A DNA stretch of 63,859 nt, counting the filler, from Octopus bimaculoides (Eukaryota), in the NCBI RefSeq assembly GCF_001194135.2. It is 5 parts of 4 records of this genome, joined end to end, with 100 filler letters (N's around TTAATTAATTAA, not from the genome) between each part and the next. Parts side by side here need not be neighbours in the genome. Positions count along the whole stretch, not along the records: positions 39,974 to 58,099 come from NC_068986.1; positions 58,200 to 61,464 come from NC_068986.1; positions 61,565 to 63,859 come from NC_068992.1; 2 more parts are not named here. One strand, 5' to 3'. Shown here piece by piece: positions 53,868 to 63,859 of this stretch (its first letter is position 1; every line of letters starts with the position of its first letter). The notes beneath the pieces were generated by a model, which saw only the letters and a program-made list of their open reading frames with translations, was not told where the DNA came from and did not search any database. The translations under genes and the position numbers were made by a program.

Positions 53868-54869
53868 TGTATATATATATNNNNNNNNNNNNNNNNNNNN
53901 NNNNNNNNNNNNNNNNNNNNNNNNNNNNNNNNNNNNNNNNNNNNNNNNNNNNNNNNNNNNNNNNNNNNNNNNNNNNNNNNNNNNNNNNNNNNNNNNNNNN
54001 NNNNNNNNNNNNNNNNNNNNNNNNNNNNNNNNNNNNNNNNNNNNNNNNNNNNNNNNNNNNNNNNNNNNNNNNNNNNNNNNNNNNNNNNNNNNNNNNNNNN
54101 NNNNNNNNNNNNNNNNNNNNNNNNNNNNNNNNNNNNNNNNNNNNNNNNNNNNNNNNNNNNNNNNNNNNNNNNNNNNNNNNNNNNNNNNNNNNNNNNNNNN
54201 NNNNNNNNNNNNNNNNNNNNNNNNNNNNNNNNNNNNNNNNNNNNNNNNNNNNNNNNNNNNNNNNNNNNNNNNNNNNNNNNNNNNNNNNNNNNNNNNNNNN
54301 NNNNNNNNNNNNNNNNNNNNNNNNNNNNNNNNNNNNNNNNNNNNNNNNNNNNNNNNNNNNNNNNNNNNNNNNNNNNNNNNNNNNNNNTATACGAAAACAA
54401 GGACAGAAAAAACGGAGAATGTTACACAAATACAAATAACAGGACATAACAATAGGTGTCTTTCGACTAAGGACGGATTAAATTAAGCTGGCGTGTGTGG
54501 AAGTAAAGCCTTACGGCAGGGATACAAGATTTCATAGGCATAGGGAGGAATGTAGATGTTGCACAGACGACGGCCGAATCAAGAAAAAATGGTCAGGCTT
54601 GGCCGAACACAGGTTACATGGGGAGAGAAGAGAGAGAGGTAGAAGGACAGAAGAAATAAAAAGGGGCGAGGAAAAATGGCAGGGATACAGTGAAGTGAAA
54701 AGAGGAGGGAAAGTGAGCATGAAGAGAAGGCAAGGAAATGTGAGAGAGGAGTATATATATATATATACAAAATGGGCCAAGAACGCAAAGCATCCAGACA
54801 GTTAGGTGATACAAAAAAGGGTCAACAAAACATTCAGATAGACGATACAAAGAAAAGAAAGACGGGTCA

Positions 54870-55245
54870 TTCGTCTTTTACTTGTTTCAGTCATTTAACC
54901 CCGGCCATGCTGGACCACCACCTTAAAGGGTTTTAATCGAAGAAATTGACCCCATGGATTATTCTTTGTAGGCTTAGTACTTATTCTATCGGTTTCTTTT
55001 GCTGAACTGCCAAATTACGGGGACGTAAACACACCAACATCGGTTGTGAAACGATGGTAATGTGGGAAACACAGATACAAAGACACACACACACACGTAA
55101 ATATATATATGAAGGGCTTCTTTCAGTTTCCGTCCACCAAAATCACTCGCAAGGCTTTGGTCGGCCGGAGGCTATAGTAGAGGACACTTGCGGAAAGTGC
55201 CACGTGTTGGGACTGAAGCCGGAATCATGTGGTTGAGAAGCTTCT
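54870..55245 (-). mobile_element. SINE family B
   Basis: Tail, internal (CA)n and head motifs as in the other B copies. Confidence 0.9.
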
Positions 55246-56655
55246 GCATTTAGATGACCAAAATATCATAATATGAAATTATATAATATACAAACATGAA
55301 AATCTAAAATATGAAGTATGATTTATAAAAATAATATATAAATATAATTATGGCCGCCCGAACACATTTCTTAGTTATTTGATACTTGCAAAATCCCGAA
55401 AGTCAATCTATGTCAGACGTTGTTTACTCATTAAAAGTTCAACTTTTTAGTTCAGTATGAACAATTTTATTCTAAGCTTCCTATACCATTAGAATTAATG
55501 TATTATATTAAAATTATAAAGAAGAAAATATAAATGGAATTAAGGTTATTAAAGAGGATGTGGGTGTTGAATTTTTCTTATGAGTAAAGAGATGCAGATG
55601 TTCTTTTCATGGAAAGAAAGTAATTATATGTTTCGTAAGATTATTACATACTTAATTTCAGTGGTGTTGTTTACAAAGAGAAAATGATCTCATAGAAAAT
55701 TCTCAGCCTTTGTCATGTAAAATGTGTTTTTATATATTTAAGTGCACGAAAAATTTTATGCATGCGATTAGAAATTATTTAAGAATTTCGATTAGGCAGA
55801 GGAGGTTTTGAAAATAACATTTCCAAGGATTCATAGAGACAAAACGAACAAAGCCAATTCGAACGGCTGAATGGTTTGGCAAAACAAATTAATTTAATTT
55901 AATGTCACAATTTAAACTTTTCTTTTTAACATTCCACATATATCCAGACATCTCAGATAATTGCGAATTGTATGTCCATACTTAATGTACTTCATCCTGA
56001 AAGAATATGTGATTTAGGCTTTATATGCTTTTTTTTTTTTATGCAGTCGCACAGTGAACAATTCGTTAAGGTGTACGTCTATATTCGAACGGGCATTTAT
56101 TGGGGCGTGTAAAATTGTAAAGTTGGGTTAGGAGAGGAATTATACAATATTCTTTGGTTCATAGTTGCCAAAGATTGAGCTAGATTGCATGTGGTTGAGT
56201 AGAATACTTTCATGGAGTTTTATTAAATGCTATGTAATACTATGGGGATGGATAAAATGTTTTTTTTATGGCAGTTTAAGAAATATAATAATTAAAGAGT
56301 TAGAGATATATTGGAAGTAAGGAGGATTGCATCAGAAAATACATATTTTTCAATGATTGTGTCATCGTGAAATGTCGGCTTTTTAATATATCTAATCTAT
56401 TAAAATATTCAGAAACATCAATGAACGCAGATTAATTGATGAGAAACTGGTAATCCAAAGGAAAATATATTTAATTAGCTTGTTTAAAAACATTTCTCTG
56501 GTGGTTGGATAGTCTATGTATCGTAGTAAATGATTGGCTTTTTTTTTTCTGAATAGAGGAAATTGTAAAATCTGTAATTTGAAAGTTGCATTGAGACTGA
56601 GCTCATCATAATTTTAAAGTGAATTTCCTCAATCAAATTATGGAGTGCTATCTTA

Positions 56656-56897
56656 CAGTCGTAGCCAAAAGTTTGGGACATCTTTTTTTAAATTAAAATT
56701 ATGATATCCAAGTATAATTCGATTCAAATATATACAACGCATATATTTGAGCATTTAATATAAAAATTCTAATTTTCACACCTATGTTCCAAACTCTTAG
56801 CTAAATAATGATGTATTGCAAATTAAATATAATTTTGGGCAATTAATATAAAAATTCTACTTTTCAGACATATGTCCTAAACTTCTGGCCACGACTG
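56656..56897. mobile_element. Tc1-type MITE with TA target-site duplication
   Basis: TA|CAGTCGTAGCCAAAAGTTTGGGACAT ... ATGTCCTAAACTTCTGGCCACGACTG|TA; 26-bp TIRs with three mismatches; 242 bp. Confidence 0.92.
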
Positions 56898-57419
56898 TAT
56901 ATGTAGCTGTTTATTGTTCATTAGTGTTTTTGAGCCAAAGGAGGTTCCTGAGTATATATGAAAACTTGGCATGTAAGAGATTAGGACATAACATTCCACA
57001 ATACCACCCTACACTATTTCTTATTTCGACCGGATTTCTTGACTAAAAGAAGCTTTCAATAGTTATTTATCCATATGCCATTTTTATAATTTTAAAAGAA
57101 CTTCTAGTAAATAATGCTACTTTCAGGATTAGTAATAAGAGAAGATTGCCAGGTAAAATTCAGTGCATCAACTAACAGGAGTTCGACAATGGATGAATAA
57201 AAATTTCGTACATCCAATCGCGTAAATTTACTGTTTATTATTATTTTGGCAGGTGAGGTTAGAAAGAAGTTAAAACCAAGCAATGATGAAATTTGAATCA
57301 TTCCATAAAGGTAAATGAGAAACGAACTTAACTTTGGAGAGCATATAGCCATTAATATATTTTTATAATACTTAAGAGTTGCTTATTATTTGTGCTTCTT
57401 GTAATATATTAATTGATTA

Positions 57420-57980
57420 ATTATTATCTGTTCAATATTACAATTAGCTGCCACCCCCCCTTGCAATATTTTAATTAGTTGTTGTCCTTGACAATAATAT
57501 ATCTTCAATAATATATTTGCTTATAATACCTTCGGTAAGAATATTTAATTTAGGTTAGCAGTCTCCTTGCAATATTTTAATTAGTTGCCGTCCTTGACAG
57601 ATGTCGTCTTTGGCAATAATATATTGTCAATATGTTTATATCCGTTTTATTAATATTGAGTCTGATTGTTGAGTTGTTGCAAAAATTGATTCAATTTCAT
57701 ATGTCTGTAATTTTATATTTTATATGAAAATATTTTGATGGATTTATTATATGGACTACTCCAGTCCTTGTTCTTTCCGCTTTCCTCACTTTCCCCATTC
57801 ACTTTACGCTCTCCTACTATTCTCCATATTCTAGATTTTATTAGTCATTCTTGCAATATTATAACCAGCCCCCACACCCACCCCACTTGCAATAATGTTG
57901 TTAGTTGTCCTTAAAGTATTTAGTTGTCCCTGCAGTATTTTAATTTGATGCTGTCTTTGCAAAATGTAAATTAGTAAACC
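57420..57980. repeat. Diverged minisatellite (TTGCAATATTTTAATTAGTTG..GTCCTTG units)
   Basis: Related units at about 57462, 57567, 57851, 57888 and 57930. Confidence 0.7.
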
Positions 57981-58038
57981 CCCTTTGCATTTCTGAACAT
58001 TTTGACTGAAGAAACTTGAGTGAATTTTAATACTGAAG

Positions 58039-58099
<61 letters not shown>

Positions 58100-58199
58100 N
58101 NNNNNNNNNNNNNNNNNNNNNNNNNNNNNNNNNNNNNNNNNNNTTAATTAATTAANNNNNNNNNNNNNNNNNNNNNNNNNNNNNNNNNNNNNNNNNNNN

Positions 58200-58257
<58 letters not shown>

Positions 58258-58489
58258 CGTCCAGATCGGGTGAATCGAATATTGATGAGCTTTCAATCAT
58301 GCACATCCCATCTTTTTCGCGCCATTTGTACGTTATCCGTCATGTTCTTTACTTAAGACAGCGCTGCGTACTCTGATAGAGACCGGAGTGCGTACTCTAT
58401 GAGAGACAGCAGCTCGTTGTACTTTTGTTGCTGGCACGCGAGCGTCCGTTGAGGGGCTGTTGTTGATGCTGTCAAACCGCGATGTAGTT

Positions 58490-58536
58490 GTTATCATCAG
58501 CATCGGCACCAGCATCGTCAGAGCCATCATCACTAC

Positions 58537-58568
<32 letters not shown>

Positions 58569-59024
58569 CTACTACTGTCGTCATCACTGCCTCCACCTTC
58601 ACCACCACCACCACCACCACCGCCAACGACGACCAACGCCAACACCTCCAGAGTCGTCGTCATCGCCATCATCGTCATCATCAGCATCATCATCATCACC
58701 ATCATCATCGTCATCATCACCATCATCACCATCATCATCACCATCATCACCATCATCGTCAGCATCACCATCATCATCATCGTGGTCATCGTCATTACAA
58801 TCACCGCCATCACCAACGCCACCCTTGTTCAAACCACCACCACTACGACGACCACCACCAACAACAACAACAACAACAGCTCAATCGCCTCAACGTTATC
58901 ATCATCATCATCAACATCATCAACATCGTCATCATCGTCGTCGTCGCCGCCCCCACCGCCATCAAGCCTTTTAGGATATTATGTAAACGTAAGTATACAT
59001 TATTACCGTTCTTGTTGCTGTAGC

Positions 59025-59060
<36 letters not shown>

Positions 59061-59074
59061 AGATATTGGTAATG

Positions 59075-59130
<56 letters not shown>

Positions 59131-59212
59131 GTTGTATCGTCAATTTAATGTTACGGTGACCTTACATATGAACTGATACCAGAACCGTACCATTACTCGC
59201 GATAGTAGTAGC

Positions 59213-59268
<56 letters not shown>

Positions 59269-59290
59269 GTGTTGTTTTTATTGTTGGTGG
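58490..59290. repeat. Compound triplet microsatellite (CAT/CAC/CAA/CGT, TTG, TAA, TAG)
   Basis: Direct inspection; source of the poly-H/S/D/M ORFs. Confidence 0.95.
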
Positions 59291-60035
59291 TGTTGTTGTT
59301 GTTGATGTTGATGTTATTTTCGCTTCAATCCAATGTCAGCCGGGCCGTCACAGCCATGGGCGAATATGATGAGAATGTGGCGATCCATTCGTNNNNNNNN
59401 NNNNNNNNNNNNNNNNNNNNNNNNNNNNNNNNNNNNNNNNNNNNNNNNNNNNNNNNNNNNNNNNNNNNNNNNNNNNNNNNNNNNNNNNNNNNNNNNNNNN
59501 NNNNNNNNNNNNNNNNNNNNNNNNNNNNNNNNNNNNNNNNNCATACACTAACCTTAATGTATGTTTTGTGTTTATTTAACCAGATAATGTATAATCTGAG
59601 GGGAAAATTTTGCTGCTATTTCTAGCAAATATTGATGCCAAATAAAGTTTCGGTGCTCACTTCTATAGATGTTACTGCTGCTAATGTTGTTGAACGTGGT
59701 GGCGGCGGCGGCGGCGGCGGCGGTGGTGGTGGTGGTATTTGTCCCAAGGTCAATAATTGTCCCTGTAAGTCCCAACGATCAATAACATTATTTACCCGCG
59801 AATGGGTTATATAGCAACTATATTGAAACAAAGTGTCATGCCATAGCAAAAATATGAGATTTGAGGGACAAGTAGCTACTATTTTTAGCTTATTGACTGG
59901 CCACCCAGAAGAATTTTCAGATATATTTGCTGTTGTAGCAGTGAGTATTCTCAAACACGTCAGAATATCATTGCATGTGTGTGTATGCGTTCATGTATTT
60001 TAATTTTCGCTTAGTTTATTTTTATCGTCTGCTCA

Positions 60036-60849
60036 TTTTAGTCATTTGACTGCGGCCATGCGGAGGCACCGCTTTGAAAAATTTTTGGCAAACGAATCGA
60101 CCCCTGAACTATTTATTTTTAAAGCCTGGTATTTATTCTATCATTCTCATTTCGCCAAACCGCGAAGTTATAGGCACGTAAGGTGCACACACACACACAC
60201 ACACACACACACCGGTTGTCAAGCAGTGGTAGAAGACACAAAGACACACACACACACACACACTCACAGAAAAACACAAACACACACATATACGACGGGA
60301 TTCTTTCAGTTTCCGTCTACTAAATCCACTCAGAAAACTTTGGTCGGACCGAGGATTAAAGTGGGAGACATTTGCGCTAAATGGGACTGAACCCTGAACC
60401 ATGTGGTTCAGAAACAAACGGCTTACCACACAGCCAAGACCGCGATTGTATATATAAATGTGTGTATATATATATATATATATACAATATATACATATAT
60501 CCATTCACATACACATATGTACAGACAGACAGACAGACATACATACATGCTTCTGAACCCAGGAGTTTACCCCATGTCCTATAGTTTAACGAGATAAAAT
60601 TCTCCCCAAGGAATCGACCACGGGACACCACAATAACAGTCAAAAACATCAGCTAAAGAAAAATTGATATATATATATATACATATACATATATACGACG
60701 GACTTCTTTCAGTTTCCGTCTACCAAATCCACGCACAAGGCTTTGGTCGGCCCGAGGCTATAGCAGAAGACACTTGCCCAAGTTGCGATGCAGTGGGACA
60801 TAACCCGGAACCATGTGGTTCGTAAGCAAGCTACTTACCATACAGCCAC
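60036..60849 (-). mobile_element. Two SINE family B copies (60036-60437 and about 60590-60849)
   Basis: TTTCAGTTTCCGTCTAC..AAATCCAC core twice, each with a head motif and an internal microsatellite. Confidence 0.9.
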
Positions 60850-60962
60850 AAGACATACTCATCTAACATTGTGTTCTGAACAATACGTATATTGAGTTCC
60901 AAACCAGCTTATTCGTCTCTCTATGCCTACACGAAATATTAATATACATATACATACATACA

Positions 60963-60996
<34 letters not shown>

Positions 60997-61074
60997 CATG
61001 TATACATACATATGTTTCCGGAAGCTTGAACAAAACGGTAGAATTGACACGAAGCGCAGCCTCTCTTTGACACA

Positions 61075-61330
61075 AGGCCTCTGCATCACATCACACTTTG
61101 AAGGCAATGCGTTTGCAATCCAGGTACAGGAGATTGCCAAAAAGTACCTGGTGAACAAGAGAGACAGTGACACATGTGTAGGCTGTAGCATATTGCTGTG
61201 GAAGACATCACGCATGAGATTAGCGACTTGCTTAAAATGTCGTCACAGTACTACTTCCCTACGTGGCACAATGTTGTTGATAAAACAATTTACAATGCCA
61301 TCCGCAAAAAAGACTGTTCTGAAATAAATA
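61075..61330 (+). mobile_element. R4/Dong-type LINE fragment (pre-endonuclease Cys/His knuckle region)
   Basis: FEGNAFAIQVQEIAKKYL, then by frameshift MCRL*...EDITHEIS...MSSQYYFPTWHNVVDKTIYNAI (cf. CRLC...E.I.HIIS.C..MS..YY...RH..V.K.IY). Confidence 0.65.
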
Positions 61331-62391
61331 AGTAAACGAATCGAACCGGTGAGTGTGTTAAATGATAAGGCATTCAAACAATGACTCTCTCCTTGACACA
61401 ATAAAATATGTTTCAACACACGAACTCACATAAGGAATCTTGCAAACGAAATACGTAAACGATANNNNNNNNNNNNNNNNNNNNNNNNNNNNNNNNNNNN
61501 NNNNNNNNTTAATTAATTAANNNNNNNNNNNNNNNNNNNNNNNNNNNNNNNNNNNNNNNNNNNNGCTTCTGTTAAAGTCAGAGAATGAAGAGATGATGAA
61601 TGGTTAGATAAGTGACTCAGTGCGTGGGTGCATTACCGAAGCAAGCAAATTGTAAGTTTGATGTATAAACAGATAGATGACTAGAGAAGCACAAGGAGGG
61701 CAAACAGATCGATATGTAAACACGCAGTGATTGCATCAGTTGTACATATTTTTCAATGGAAATATTTTAAAAGCAAATCTATAAAACTGAAACCTTACTT
61801 CCACAGTTCAATTATATATTTTATTGATTAATAGCTCTGTTTCTATTTTTTTAATTGGTCCATCACAAAGTTGCTCAACTTAGAAAAAAAAAAAAAAGAA
61901 AAAAAAAGAAAACAAACAAGCAAAAAAAAAAAACCCACACCATATCATGAAATGATGTTTTATCTCATATTTGAAGCAAATGTCAGCAATGTTAAAAATA
62001 GCTTCTGAGACTAATCAATAAAGTACCCAAACCAATCCTAAAAATTCTTGCAACTATTATTATTATTATTATTATTATTGTTGTTGTTGCATATTTATTT
62101 TATTGTTTTTAATTAATTTTCTCCATGTTATCATGGATTTAACTGTAGCAATTTATTCTTTTTTGATTTTAATGTTAAATTCTAAGTCAACCAATAATCA
62201 ATCAATCAATCAATCAACCAATCAATAAATTAAACTCAGCAGAAGTGAAATCTGTTTATCAGTCTGGTGGACTGAGACAAATAGAGTTATGTACCTTACC
62301 CAAATAAAAAAGTACAACGGCTTCTATAAATGCTTGAACTTATGGCCATCTGGTACCTATACCTAGTCTGCTGTCTTAATGTTTTCATGAT

Positions 62392-63175
62392 AATATTTCT
62401 AACAAAATAAAGCAGCGAGCTGGCAGAAACATTAGCATGCCGGGCGAAATGCTTAGCAGTATTTCATCTGCTGTTACGTTCTGAGTTCAAAATTCCGCTG
62501 AGGTCGATTTTGCCTTTCATCCTTTCTGAGTTCAAAATTCCACTGAGGTCGATTTTGCTTTTCATCCTTTCGGGGTCGATAAATTAAGTACCAGTTACGC
62601 ACTGGGGTCGATGTAATCGACTTAATCCCTCTGTCCTTGTTTGTCCCCTCTATATTCATCTCCTTGTTGGCAATAAAGAAATAAGAAATGTTAGCACGCT
62701 GGGTGAAATGCTTAGTGGTATTTCATCTGTTTTTATGTTCTGAGTTCAAATCCCACCATGGTTGACTTTGCCTTTCATCCTGTCAGGGTCAATAAATTAA
62801 GTACCAGTTGTGCACTGGGGTCGATCTAATCGACTGGCCCCCTCCCCAAAAATTTTGGGTCTTGTGCCTGGAGTAGAAAAGAATATTTCTAACAAAATAA
62901 GGCAGAATTGTTAGCACATCAGGTAAAATGCTTAATGAGATTTTGTCCATCTTTACAAATTCCACTGCCTTTCAATCTTTCAGGGTCAATAAAGTACCAG
63001 TTGAGCACTGGGGTCAACGTAATCAATTTTTCCCTCCTCTTGAAATTGCTGGCCTTTTGACAAAATTTGAAGCCAATATTTCTACCAAAATTAAGGCAGT
63101 GAACCAGCAGAATTGTTTAGTACATCAGGTAAAATGCTTAGCGACATTTGTCTGTCTCTATGTTCTGAGATTGGG
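62392..63175 (+). mobile_element. Head-to-tail array of four SINE family A copies
   Basis: Copies start at about 62410, 62684, 62897 and 63094. The first has a 45-bp internal tandem duplication (62479-62523 and 62524-62568). Confidence 0.9.
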
Positions 63176-63427
63176 ATTGACATAAGGGCAGAACATGCAC
63201 AGCAAACGGCTTTATTGGGGATAGTGAGGATTTTCAGATTGGTAATTGGGTGTTAAGTATCATGGAAAGAGACCCTGTGAGACCTTTGGCAGCAGATTGT
63301 TGTCTATCCTTACAGAATTAACCAGAGCAGGTGAAATTGAGAGCTCTGAGAAGTGAAATGACAATAATTATAATTATAAAAACAACAATGTCTCAAATTT
63401 TGGCACAGAGCCAGAAATTTCAGAGTG

Positions 63428-63570
63428 GAGTGGGGTGGTTAGTTGATTCCATCAACCCCAAATACTTGATTGGTACTTTATTTTATCAACCTCAAAAGGA
63501 TGAAAGGCAAAGTTGACTTTGATGGGATTAAATGTCACAAATCGTTTGGTCCAACATGCTGACAATTCTG
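63428..63570 (-). mobile_element. SINE family A (diverged, minus strand)
   Basis: Reverse complement reads GTCAACTTTGCCTTTCATCCTTTTGAGGTTGATAAAATAAAGTACCA. Confidence 0.8.
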
Positions 63571-63859
63571 TCAGCTTGCCAGTGATGTCACAACTCATTT
63601 CTACAGATGACTGAACTGGAACAACGTAAAATAAAGTGCCTTGCTCAAGAACACAACATACAGCCCAGTCTGGGAATCAAATTCACAACTTCACAATCAT
63701 GACCTCACAGGGATGTGAGTTTGAGTCTCATGGCCGGCTGCTGACAAAGTTTTCTCCAAAATATAGATATTTTATCTTGTTCCTGCTGTTCTGTCAGCAT
63801 TATTCTACATTTGAGAATGAATTATTTCCTTATCTGTATATATATGTATGTATATATAT

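Noticed and set aside
4306-54452. Many long YI/HT/CV-repeat and X-filled ORFs
   Set aside because: They are translations of (AT)n/(CA)n microsatellites and N gaps.
60923-61327. 134-codon ORF as a host exon
   Set aside because: Its 5' part is (TACA)n, and the rest is explained by a frameshifted R4/Dong LINE fragment.

Overview
This is eukaryotic, AT-rich, microsatellite-saturated DNA from a draft assembly with many N gaps and four synthetic TTAATTAATTAA linkers. The SINE families and the (CA)/(AT)/triplet density suggest an octopod cephalopod (inference, not verified). I found no intact host protein-coding gene, rRNA, true tRNA or CRISPR array, and most listed ORFs are microsatellite or antisense artefacts. 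The window is mainly decayed transposable elements: several Penelope-like (PLE) remnants, a HERO-type and two R4/Dong-type restriction-like-endonuclease LINEs, an RTE fragment, a Gypsy integrase with LTR, DD41D/rosa-like, hAT, Chapaev3-like and Tigger/pogo transposons, two MITEs, and about 20 copies of four tRNA-derived SINE families. The most interesting signals are (1) a minimal type-I hammerhead ribozyme motif at 16746-16788, between 65-bp direct repeats at the 3' end of a PLE remnant (pseudo-LTR or retrozyme-like unit of 352 bp); (2) a mirrored head-to-head (TTAGGG)n/(CCCTAA)n foldback inside longer inverted repeats; (3) a 164-bp identical duplication with junction microhomology inside a Tigger element; (4) a co-oriented RTE-Gypsy-R4/Dong chain. 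All family assignments come from motif recognition by eye and need HMM/Dfam confirmation.
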